Origin: Bdellovibrionales bacterium
Lineage (GTDB): Bacteria; Bdellovibrionota; Bdellovibrionia; Bdellovibrionales; UBA1609
Length of the DNA stretch: 19,444 nt
Reading direction: 5' to 3'
Assembly (NCBI GenBank): GCA_050246815.1
Contig: JBFWVI010000013.1
Coordinates: 1-19,444 of the forward strand
Part shown: positions 6,645-14,627 of the stretch, piece after piece
How the letters are laid out: every line of letters starts with the position of its first letter
How positions within the stretch are numbered: the stretch's first letter is position 1
The notes under the pieces: generated by a model
Seen by the model: the letters and a program-made list of their open reading frames with translations, nothing else
The model's database searches: none
What the model was told of the DNA's origin: nothing
Translations under genes and position numbers: made by a program

Positions 6645-7622
6645 TCAGCGATTAGTGGTCGTCTGGTAGACCTTAATCTTTGACAGAAGGTGGGCGTTGC
6701 ACGAGGCGCCTGATGCACCGTCCATCATTGTTTGTAGGGCCACTAGCAGAAGTGTTTCATTGATCGTGTCGGACTCCGCGTCGACACTAAAAACGGGGTG
6801 TTGTGAAAATAGGATTACTCGTCCTGCTTCATAATCAAATTTAACGATTGTGGGTTGCCCGGTCGCCCGAAAGTGACCACCACGCAAATGGCTAGGGGTC
6901 ATTGCGCGACCCCAGACTTCAAGGCCTGCAGGTTTTTGTGTGAAATAAAAGGTTGGACCACCGTGGTAGCGCATGCGAGTGATCGAAGATGATAAATTAA
7001 TTTTTTTAAGTGAGGGCGCATTAGTCGTGAGCCGCACAGACTCGAGGGTTTCGCCATCTAAAAATGGAGCCCAGTCGTAAGGGGCGCGCGCCGTTACGTC
7101 CCACAGTTGCAGCAATGGAAGGGTCATGGGCTGATAATCAAAATCTTGGTGAAGATGATTATCGCGGCCGGCGCTATAGGCAATCTCTAAGCGGCATGAG
7201 GCATGTTGGGCGCCCGCACAAAAACCGATATAGCCACCGCCGGTCCGAATAAAATCACGTAAGTGCTGTCGACCGACCGTACTAATCATTTGGGCACGAG
7301 CGGAGATATAGCCACCGGGCAGCACAATGCTGCAGAACTTTTTATTTTCCCCCATGCCCAGAAGACCTTGATTGATTTGGTCATAAGTGATGTCGGCAAA
7401 GCTCCAGCCCATTTTCGCGATAAAGGCTTTGAGGTGGTCGCCTTCCTCATCCCAAACGTGGTCGTTCGCAGAACTGCTTTTCAGCACGGCAAAATCAATT
7501 GGGCATGCGGGGCTGGCATAGGCAACTGGGGGGTGGAGAGAGACTAAAACACAGACCACCCAGAGTGCCAAAATGTGCTTCAAATGGGAAAAAAGATTAA
7601 TGATTTCATGTGCATAATACAT
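6645..7622 (-). CDS. Exported class I glutamine amidotransferase-like (BPL_N-type) protein
   Basis: Motifs IVLPGG, GGGYIGFCAGA (nucleophile elbow), YHGGP and GRVILFSQHP. Hydrophobic N-terminus ending VAYA. ATG 7622 preferred over TTG 7631. Confidence 0.8.
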   Translation of the reverse strand: MYYAHEIINLFSHLKHILALWVVCVLVSLHPPVAYASPACPIDFAVLKSSSANDHVWDEEGDHLKAFIAKMGWSFADITYDQINQGLLGMGENKKFCSIVLPGGYISARAQMISTVGRQHLRDFIRTGGGYIGFCAGAQHASCRLEIAYSAGRDNHLHQDFDYQPMTLPLLQLWDVTARAPYDWAPFLDGETLESVRLTTNAPSLKKINLSSSITRMRYHGGPTFYFTQKPAGLEVWGRAMTPSHLRGGHFRATGQPTIVKFDYEAGRVILFSQHPVFSVDAESDTINETLLLVALQTMMDGASGASCNAHLLSKIKVYQTTTNR

Positions 7623-7705
7623 ATCAGCCAATGGTTTAAGTGCTGCTGTAAAGATAGCAATATCGGGGCCATTGTGAAGCCGCCTTAGAGGGGTAGAGAA
7701 TCCGG

Positions 7706-7734
7706 TTGCAAGCCGGAACTTAACGCGGTAGACC
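7706..7734 (+). promoter_or_regulatory. Candidate sigma70-type promoter for rpmI-rplT and the mevalonate genes
   Basis: TTGCAA (7706-7711), 17-bp spacer, TAGACC (7729-7734). The -10 is imperfect, but the position fits a leader starting near 7741. Confidence 0.4.
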
Positions 7735-7751
7735 TACCACCTCTTCAAACA

Positions 7752-7804
7752 CTGAAAATGGCCTCGAAAAGACCAGTTGAATTGCTCAATTGGCGCCGTT
7801 TCAG
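7752..7804 (+). ncRNA. Structured 5' leader of rpmI-rplT, candidate L20 autoregulatory ribosomal leader
   Basis: Outer stem CTGAAAATGGC (7752-7762) / GCCGTTTCAG (7795-7804) with one bulge and one G-U pair. Inner stem CCAGTTGA (7773-7780) / TCAATTGG (7786-7793) with one G-U pair. It ends immediately before the rpmI SD (AAAGGG, 7805-7810). Confidence 0.55.
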
Positions 7805-7815
7805 AAAGGGTAGTC

Positions 7816-8007
7816 ATGAAACAAAAAACGCATTCAGGCGCAAAAAAACGCCTTCTGCGCAATGCCGCAGGCAAGGTCAAGCGCAAGAAAATTGGCATGC
7901 GCCACTTGTTGAAAAACAAATCGTCCAAGCGCAAACGCCTCTTGGGTAAACCCACTTACGTTCACTCCGCAAGCGAATATCAAGTTCGTCGCTTGTTGGT
8001 ATTTTAG
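7816..8007 (+). CDS. rpmI: 50S ribosomal protein L35
   Basis: MKQKTHSGAKKR...GKVKRKK...RHLLKNKSSKRKRLL. ATG 7816 follows SD AAAGGG; the listed TTG 7777 start is too far upstream. Directly precedes rplT. Confidence 0.97.
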   Translation: MKQKTHSGAKKRLLRNAAGKVKRKKIGMRHLLKNKSSKRKRLLGKPTYVHSASEYQVRRLLVF

Positions 8008-8016
8008 GAGGCCCCG

Positions 8017-8373
8017 ATGCGCGTTAAAGGTGGAGTTGTCACTCGTCGCCGTCACAAGAAAATTTTGAAGCGAGCAAAAGGCTATCGTGCCGCAAATTCG
8101 CGTTGTTTTACCCACGCCACTGAAAAAGTCGACCACGGTTTGCAGTACGCTTATCGCGATCGTCGCGTGAAAAAACGCGAAATGCGACAGCTTTGGACCC
8201 AGAGGATCAACGCTGCCGCTCGTTTGAACGGCACCAGTTATTCGCGTTTGATGGGCGCTTTACGAAAAGCCGCCATTGAACTGGATCGCAAGGTGTTGGC
8301 CGATATGGCGATTCATGACGCCAGTGGATTTTCAGCCTTGGTTGGAAAAGTTTTGCCTCAGGCCCGCGCTTAA
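8017..8373 (+). CDS. rplT: 50S ribosomal protein L20
   Basis: MRVKGG...[58 protein letters not shown] at 8006-8011. Confidence 0.99.
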   Translation: MRVKGGVVTRRRHKKILKRAKGYRAANSRCFTHATEKVDHGLQYAYRDRRVKKREMRQLWTQRINAAARLNGTSYSRLMGALRKAAIELDRKVLADMAIHDASGFSALVGKVLPQARA

Positions 8374-8420
8374 TTTTTTAAGTGTCTGGCCTGCCTCTTG
8401 GGGCAGAAAGGAAGGTCGCT

Positions 8421-9458
8421 TTGAATCCGACACCTTTCGAGCAGCGAAAAGCCGATCATATTCGTCTGTCCTTGAGCTCTGCAATGCAGGCTCAGGGCGA
8501 TTCTGGTTTTGAGCAGATCGAGCTTCGCCACGAAGCCTTGCCTGAAATCGACTTCAGTGAAGTGTCGCTTGAAGCGAAAGCCTTGGGATTTACACTCCCG
8601 ACTCCTTTTTTAATCAGCTGTATGACGGCCGGCCATGATCAGGCTCTTGCTTTGAATCAGCGCTTGGCCGAAGCCGCTAACCGACGTGGATGGCTGATGG
8701 GGGTGGGGTCGCAAAGAAAACAGCTTTTTGATCACGAGGCCAGGCAGGAGTGGGTGGGTCTGCGCCGAACACTGCCGAACGTTCGTTTGATCGGCAATTT
8801 GGGCTTAAGTCAGGCGATCCGTTCAACCAGCGCCCAAGTGCAAGAGCTGGTGGATTCTTTGGAAGCCGTGGCCATGGTGATTCACACCAATCCGTTGCAA
8901 GAGTGTCTTCAGCCCGAAGGCACTCCTCAGTTTAAAGACGGCCTTAAAACCCTGCAAAGACTAAGCAAAGACCTTTGCGTGCCGGTGATTTTAAAAGAAA
9001 CCGGCTGCGGCTTTTCAGCCGCAACGCTAAGTCGTCTTCAAGAGGTGGGACTGGCGGCGGTAGACGTGAGTGGGCTGGGCGGCACCCATTGGGGGCGTAT
9101 CGAGGGTGCACGAGCTCAGGCCACGGATGTGCGTCATGAGGTCAGTCGAACTTTTGCCAATTGGGGCATCAGCACAGTTGAATCTTTGTTGGCGGCGAGG
9201 GAAGTTAAAGCCAGCTATGAAATCTGGGCCTCTGGTGGCATTCGTTCAGGGCTGGATGCAGCCAAAGCCTTGGCTTTAGGTGCACGTCTGGTGGGCTTTG
9301 CGCAGCCGGCCCTACAGGTGGCTTTGCTAAGCGAGGCGGCTTTGGACCAGTGGATGACGCAGATTGAGTTTGAACTCAAGACCGCGATGTTTTGTACTGG
9401 GAATCGAAATGTGACTGAGTTTGATGTTCGACAGGTGTGGCAGTGGCGCAAGACATGA
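8421..9458 (+). CDS. fni: Type 2 (FMN-dependent) isopentenyl-diphosphate delta-isomerase
   Basis: RKADHI, PFLISCMTAG, GVGSQR, HTNPLQECLQPEG, PVILKETGCG, DVSGLGGTHW, ASGGIRSGLDAAKALALGA. TTG 8421 follows SD AAGGAAGG (8408-8415); GTG 8382 is the alternative start. Confidence 0.95.
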   Translation: MNPTPFEQRKADHIRLSLSSAMQAQGDSGFEQIELRHEALPEIDFSEVSLEAKALGFTLPTPFLISCMTAGHDQALALNQRLAEAANRRGWLMGVGSQRKQLFDHEARQEWVGLRRTLPNVRLIGNLGLSQAIRSTSAQVQELVDSLEAVAMVIHTNPLQECLQPEGTPQFKDGLKTLQRLSKDLCVPVILKETGCGFSAATLSRLQEVGLAAVDVSGLGGTHWGRIEGARAQATDVRHEVSRTFANWGISTVESLLAAREVKASYEIWASGGIRSGLDAAKALALGARLVGFAQPALQVALLSEAALDQWMTQIEFELKTAMFCTGNRNVTEFDVRQVWQWRKT

Positions 9459-10765
9459 ATGAACTCTACATCGAGATGTTCAACGGCTTTTCAAAGTTAA
9501 GCCGTGAAGAACGCTTTGAACGCCTACTTCGCCTTGGCGTTTTAAGCACCGATGATGTGGCTTTTTTAGAGCGTGGCGGCCTGCAATCGCCCGAGCTTGC
9601 CGAAAAATTCATTGAAAACGTGCTGGGCTATTTTCAATTGCCTTACGGTGTTGCGACAAACTTCGTAATCGACGGACAAAGCAAATTGATTCCCATGGCC
9701 GTCGAAGAGACTTCGATCATTGCAGCGGCAAGTAAAACGGCCAAATGGGTGCGCGATCATGGACGCATATTCACCGAAACTATCGGTCACGACATCATTG
9801 GCCAGATTCAAATCGCCGTGGTGAAGGATCTTCCGCGCTTGAAGGCGGTGGTGGCGGAGCATGGTGACCGTTTGGTGAGTGACGCCAACCGTGAGGTGGC
9901 AAGTGGTATGGTTCGTCGCGGCGGAGGTGTGAAGAGTCTCACTGTCCGCACTGTCGAACGGCCTGATGGGCGTCAGATGGCGGTGATTCACGTTCTGGCA
10001 GACCCGTGCGATGCGATGGGGGCCAATGTTATCAACCAAGTTTGTGAGTATTTAAAAATTCCTATTCAAGAGCTTTCTGGTGAATCCGTCACCATGTGCA
10101 TTTTGTCAAATTTGGTCGACACCAAGTTAAGCAAAGCACGGGTCGAGATGATCGGCTTAGAAAATGATCTGATGCAAAGAATCGTCGAGGCCTCGCTGTT
10201 CGCACTTTGTGATCCGTATCGTGCCGCCACCAACAACAAAGGCGTCTTAAATGGGATCGATCCTATTTTGATCGCCACCGGCAATGACTGGCGCGCGGTG
10301 GAGGCAGGTGTTCATGCCTATGCGGCCCGTGATGGGCAGTATCGTTCAATCACAAAGTGGTGGGTTGAAGATCAAAAGTTAATCGGTGAATTCATTGCCC
10401 CCGTTGTGGTTGGTATCGTTGGTGGGGTGACTCATCTGCATCCTGGTGCCAAAATGAGTTTGCAAATGCTGGATGTGGCTTCGGCGGATGAGTTGGGTCG
10501 GGTCTGCGCGGCCGTTGGGCTGGTGCAAAATTTGGGCGCACTAAGGGCCCTAACCACAGTGGGTATCATCGAAGGCCATATGAAGCTGCATATTCGTAAT
10601 TTGACTTTGGGCGCAGGTGCCACCGAGGGCGAAAGTCCGATTGTGCAAAAGCGACTTGAGCAGATTTTGGCTTTGCACAAAAGAATTTCCCTGCAAAACG
10701 CGATTGAAGTTTTAAAAGAGCTGCGCTCGCAAAAGAAATCCTTGGCCGCGCAGGAGCAGGTATGA
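9455..10765 (+). CDS. mvaA: Class II hydroxymethylglutaryl-CoA reductase
   Basis: ENVLG, PMAVEETSIIAAAS, DAMGAN, TNNKGVLNGID, GNDWRAVEAG, GIIEGHMKLH. ATG 9455 overlaps the fni stop (ATGA). Confidence 0.95.
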   Translation: MNELYIEMFNGFSKLSREERFERLLRLGVLSTDDVAFLERGGLQSPELAEKFIENVLGYFQLPYGVATNFVIDGQSKLIPMAVEETSIIAAASKTAKWVRDHGRIFTETIGHDIIGQIQIAVVKDLPRLKAVVAEHGDRLVSDANREVASGMVRRGGGVKSLTVRTVERPDGRQMAVIHVLADPCDAMGANVINQVCEYLKIPIQELSGESVTMCILSNLVDTKLSKARVEMIGLENDLMQRIVEASLFALCDPYRAATNNKGVLNGIDPILIATGNDWRAVEAGVHAYAARDGQYRSITKWWVEDQKLIGEFIAPVVVGIVGGVTHLHPGAKMSLQMLDVASADELGRVCAAVGLVQNLGALRALTTVGIIEGHMKLHIRNLTLGAGATEGESPIVQKRLEQILALHKRISLQNAIEVLKELRSQKKSLAAQEQV

Positions 10766-11709
10766 ATCCGGCGCGCTCAAGGCTGTTGTTGTCGACGGCA
10801 AGTAAGACTTTCTTAATGGGTGAGTATGCTGTTTTGGACGGTGCGCCGGCTTTGGTGATGGCCCATGGGCCGCGTTTTAAGATGACAGTGGACTATGATG
10901 GCGGCGGTTCTTGTGAAGGAATTCATCCGCAAAGTCCGGCAGGGCGTTGGCTGCGCGGACATGCCGATAAATTTTCTAAAGTTAGCGTTCGTTTTTCTGA
11001 TCCGCACGCGGGGCGCGGTGGGTTTGGCGCTTCTTCGGCGCAGTTCGCTTTGGTCTATGCCTTCAGTCAAATGAAAGCCGATGAGTGGTCACAGTGGGGC
11101 AGCGCTGTTCAGCCCAAGGCCATTTGGGATGCGTACCGTTCTTTGCATGAAAATGAGCCGCAGTTACCCAGTGGAGGTGATGTGATTGCTCAGATTTTGG
11201 GCGGCATAACATCTTTTCAGATTATGCCGTGGCAGGCGACAGCGAGTCCCTGGCCTTTTCAAGATTTAGCGGTTTTATTGGTGCCCACTGGTGTGAAGGT
11301 GGCCACTCATGAGCATCTGCGTGAACGATTGCCTGTTTCAGATCAGCTTTTAAAGTTGGCTTTTGAGGGACATCAAGCTTTTGTCGATGGCAATCGGGCT
11401 TTGTTTCTGCAAGCTTTGCGCGCCTATGGCGACGAGCTTGAGCGCTTACAATTGGTGACCACCACCACGCGCGGGCTGATTGCCCAAGTGGCGTCTTTGC
11501 CAGACGTATTGGCGGTCAAGGGCTGTGGTGCTTTGGGTGCGGATGTGCTGGCGGTGACCCTTCACCCCCAACATTTAGAGGGTGTCAAAGCCCAATTGCT
11601 GAGCCAAGGGCTAGAGACTGTGGCGACAACGGCCCAGCTGCAATCGGGCCTTCGATTTGAAATGGAGATGTCGCCCTATCAACAATCGCCAGGTGGTCCA
11701 TGGGCCTAG
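10762..11709 (+). CDS. GHMP kinase, probable phosphomevalonate kinase
   Basis: SKTFLMGEYAVL, GGFGASSA, PSGGDV, KGCGALGAD. ATGA overlap with mvaA. It is the second GHMP kinase in a mevalonate cluster that also has mvk and mvaD. Confidence 0.75.
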   Translation: MNPARSRLLLSTASKTFLMGEYAVLDGAPALVMAHGPRFKMTVDYDGGGSCEGIHPQSPAGRWLRGHADKFSKVSVRFSDPHAGRGGFGASSAQFALVYAFSQMKADEWSQWGSAVQPKAIWDAYRSLHENEPQLPSGGDVIAQILGGITSFQIMPWQATASPWPFQDLAVLLVPTGVKVATHEHLRERLPVSDQLLKLAFEGHQAFVDGNRALFLQALRAYGDELERLQLVTTTTRGLIAQVASLPDVLAVKGCGALGADVLAVTLHPQHLEGVKAQLLSQGLETVATTAQLQSGLRFEMEMSPYQQSPGGPWA

Positions 11710-12695
11710 ACGCGTGGCGGGCGCAAGCTCCTGCCAATATCGCCTTGATCAAATACATGGGCAAGACGGACTTGTTTGAAAATCAGCCCAGTAACGCATC
11801 GCTTTCATACTCTTTGGATCATTTGATAAGTGCAGTTGAAATTTGGCCGAGCGAGTCCGGACAAGACTCATGGCAGCCGCTCCGTGCCGACGATTTCGAG
11901 ATTCCCCAGTTATCGTCGCAGGGGCAGGAACGCTTTTTAAAACACTTTGATTTTTTAAAGTCGCAGTTGCAGATTCCGGGACACTATAAAATTTTGTCTG
12001 CAAATAATTTTCCAAGTGATTGTGGATTGGCCAGCTCCGCCTCTAGTTTTGCGGCTCTGACCAAGGCCGCCCATCAGTTGGCCTTAGATCGGAGTCTAGA
12101 CCGTGAAGCGTCGGAAAGTTTGTCGACGCAGGAGTTGTCGCAACTTTCACGAAGGGGCTCAGGATCTTCATGTCGATCTTTATTCTCGCCTTGGGCGCTT
12201 TGGCGAGGGCCGGGAGCGGAAAACTTAAACTTGCCTTGGCCTTACTTGCATCATCAGGTCGTTGTTCTTGAGAAGAGTAAAAAGGCGGTTTCTTCAAGTG
12301 ATGCGCACAAACGCGTTTCGTCCAGCGAACTTTTTCAAGGCAGAGCAGCGCGTGCAGAAAAACGCTTACACCAGCTTCTGGCGGCCTTAAACCAGAAACA
12401 GTGGCGCCAATCCTGTGAATTGGTTTGGGCTGATTTTTGGGACATGCATGCCTTGTTTGAAACATCTCAGCCCGCCTTTGGTTATATGACCTCAGGTTCG
12501 ATGGCTGTTCTTGAATCTGTGCGGGAGATTTGGAAAAAAGAAGACGATGGACCAATGGTCACTATGGATGCGGGGGCTAACGTGCACCTGCTTTATCGCG
12601 CGGATCAGATTTTGACAGCCCATCGCATGTCACGCGCATTGTCTTCTTTGGGGCAGGTGATTGAATCGCCCAGTCTTTATCTGGAAGGGCGTTGA
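11700..12695 (+). CDS. mvaD: Diphosphomevalonate decarboxylase
   Basis: APANIALIKYMGK, NNFPSDCGLASSASSFAAL, RRGSGSSCRS, KKAVSSS, TMDAGANVHLL. Confidence 0.95.
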   Translation: MGLDAWRAQAPANIALIKYMGKTDLFENQPSNASLSYSLDHLISAVEIWPSESGQDSWQPLRADDFEIPQLSSQGQERFLKHFDFLKSQLQIPGHYKILSANNFPSDCGLASSASSFAALTKAAHQLALDRSLDREASESLSTQELSQLSRRGSGSSCRSLFSPWALWRGPGAENLNLPWPYLHHQVVVLEKSKKAVSSSDAHKRVSSSELFQGRAARAEKRLHQLLAALNQKQWRQSCELVWADFWDMHALFETSQPAFGYMTSGSMAVLESVREIWKKEDDGPMVTMDAGANVHLLYRADQILTAHRMSRALSSLGQVIESPSLYLEGR

Positions 12696-13600
12696 TCGTG
12701 TTCAGCGCTTTTGCTCACGGCAAATGGATTTTGGCTGGTGAACATGCTGTGTTGCGCGGCTCACCTGCTTTGGTTTTTCCCATCAAAAGCCGTGGCATGA
12801 AATTGGAGTACACCGAGTCCGTCGAGCCCCTACAGCTGGAATTGGTAGGCGAGCATGGTGATGAGTTGAAACTTTTGGCTTGGGGAGTGATTGAAAACGC
12901 GGTTCAGCGCCTAGGTCAAAAACCAACCAATCTGACGGGACATTTGCGAATTTCGAGCAATTTACCGATCGGCGCGGGGCTTGGTGCCTCGGCGGCGCTT
13001 TGTGCGGTGATCAGCCGTTGGTGCCAGCATTTGGGTTGGTTGGAAGAAAAAGAAATTTATGAGTTCAGTCGCAGCCTTGAGGATTTATTCCATGGCGAGA
13101 GCAGCGGTGTCGATGTGGCGGTTGCTTTAAGTGGTCAGGGGCTGCATTTTATACGTGGTGGTCAGCGCACGCAGCTGAAGCCTGCATGGCAGCCACATTT
13201 TTATCTTTCATTTTCAGGAAAGCGGGGCGTGACCTCAGAGTGCGTGGCCAAAGTGAAGCAGTTGATGATTCAAGACAGCGCTCTGGCCACTCGTCTGGAC
13301 CAACGAATGCGGGCGGCGGTCGAATTGGCTGCGATGGCTTTGGGACATGCTCAAGAGAATATCCACTTCGACAAAGTACAAGGTTTTGGCCAAATGGTTG
13401 AAGCCTTGGATATGGCCCATTCTTGTTTTGAAGAGTGGGGGTTGATTGACGAGAATTTGCGTCAGCATTTGCATATTTTGCGTCACTCTGGTGCTGCGGC
13501 CGTTAAACCCACCGGTTCTGGCGGCGGTGGTTATGTGTTGAGCCTGTGGCACACGCCTGTGCCGGATTCTTTGAAAGATCGGTTGATCGCGGCATTTTGA
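12692..13600 (+). CDS. mvk: Mevalonate kinase
   Basis: AHGKWILAGEHAV, LPIGAGLGASAA, FHGESSGVD, KPTGSGGGG. Start is TTG 12692 (overlapping the mvaD stop) or GTG 12698. Confidence 0.9.
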   Translation: MIVFSAFAHGKWILAGEHAVLRGSPALVFPIKSRGMKLEYTESVEPLQLELVGEHGDELKLLAWGVIENAVQRLGQKPTNLTGHLRISSNLPIGAGLGASAALCAVISRWCQHLGWLEEKEIYEFSRSLEDLFHGESSGVDVAVALSGQGLHFIRGGQRTQLKPAWQPHFYLSFSGKRGVTSECVAKVKQLMIQDSALATRLDQRMRAAVELAAMALGHAQENIHFDKVQGFGQMVEALDMAHSCFEEWGLIDENLRQHLHILRHSGAAAVKPTGSGGGGYVLSLWHTPVPDSLKDRLIAAF

Positions 13601-13622
13601 TTTGATTGGGCAGGGGATGGTG

Positions 13623-14627
13623 CTATTGGGCCACCGGCTTGGTCTGTTCATTAGAACGCGGCGGAGCGTGTTTTTGAGGCTGGTTAGGAAGGCCGCATTT
13701 GCGCGGACTTTCATCAAGACAACATTGAACGGCCAAGTTGAAATCTGCTCGGTAAGAAATAATCCGATTCGCGATTTCTTTTTGATTCGAATTCAAGTCT
13801 GAAAAGAAGGCCACTTGTAATGGTTTTTGTCCTTGGCGGTATTGAAGTTGGTGGGGCTTGCCACTCAGGTCGAAGGTGAGCGCGAAAAAAATATTTTCAT
13901 TCTGATCCAGATTTGCCCCGTAGCGTGGAGCCAAGGTCTCAGCGAGTTTTGGTTCGCGGGCGGCCTTTGCTCCGGGAGTTTCCGTTGCTGCTGCAATGTC
14001 ACCTGGCTTGGGCCGCTGGGCGGCATAAAACCCCTTTTTTTCTATGAGTCCTGCTGTGTGCCCTGGTTTATATTCGCGCGCAGCTTTATCACCTTCTCTT
14101 TCAAGATCTTGATTTGGAGGCTTGCTGTCCGGAACAGGTGATATATGCAGATCCGTCTGATTGTGCCATTTTGTGGCAGCACGCGGGTATTTTGTGCGAA
14201 TTTGTGAGTAGAGTTCCATAATTGCAGCGATTCGATTGTTGATTTCATCCTGAGAAGTTTCGCCACGGGCGGGGACGCTTTGCCAGTCCAGGGCGATTTG
14301 CGTGATCTCTTGATTGAGCTCTATCATTTTCAGATAAGCGCGATTCTCTTCAGCGCTGAATGGAGCATTCCTTTTTTCTTCCTCGCTGATTTCTGGGGCG
14401 ACAACTATATTTTCTAAAATCAGACCGGTGATTAAGACGGGTTTTCCCTTATGATGCTGAATCGTACCGACCAAGTACGCCGGTGATTTTTTGTAGGTGA
14501 TCGAAGTCAGGCCTGGCTTGCAAATTCGTGTTTGCATCCCGTCTTTTGGTGTTTGGGCTATAGCCGCAGGTGCTATCGAAAGCAGACACGAGAAAAAGTG
14601 TACGAGAGCAAAAAATGCGGCTTTCAT
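13623..14627 (-). CDS. Secreted hypothetical protein (334 aa)
   Basis: Long ORF with signal peptide MKAAFFALVHFFSCLLSIAPAAIA. Four Cys in the mature region. No family recognised. Confidence 0.75.
   Translation of the reverse strand: MKAAFFALVHFFSCLLSIAPAAIAQTPKDGMQTRICKPGLTSITYKKSPAYLVGTIQHHKGKPVLITGLILENIVVAPEISEEEKRNAPFSAEENRAYLKMIELNQEITQIALDWQSVPARGETSQDEINNRIAAIMELYSQIRTKYPRAATKWHNQTDLHISPVPDSKPPNQDLEREGDKAAREYKPGHTAGLIEKKGFYAAQRPKPGDIAAATETPGAKAAREPKLAETLAPRYGANLDQNENIFFALTFDLSGKPHQLQYRQGQKPLQVAFFSDLNSNQKEIANRIISYRADFNLAVQCCLDESPRKCGLPNQPQKHAPPRSNEQTKPVAQ

Noticed and set aside
7758..7815. Longer rpmI start (TTG 7777) and the alternate-frame ORF from 7758
   Set aside because: L35 homology and the SD point to ATG 7816. 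The upstream region is better explained as a structured leader.
8391..8406. Terminator after rplT
   Set aside because: A 6-bp hairpin (CTGCCT-CTTG-GGGCAG) followed by the purine-rich SD, not a U-tract. At most a processing or translation-modulating stem.
8750..13802. Overlapping ORFs within the mevalonate genes (e.g. 9566-10039, 12043-12555, 13235-13717, 13602-13802)
   Set aside because: They overlap well-supported CDSs and show no family features.
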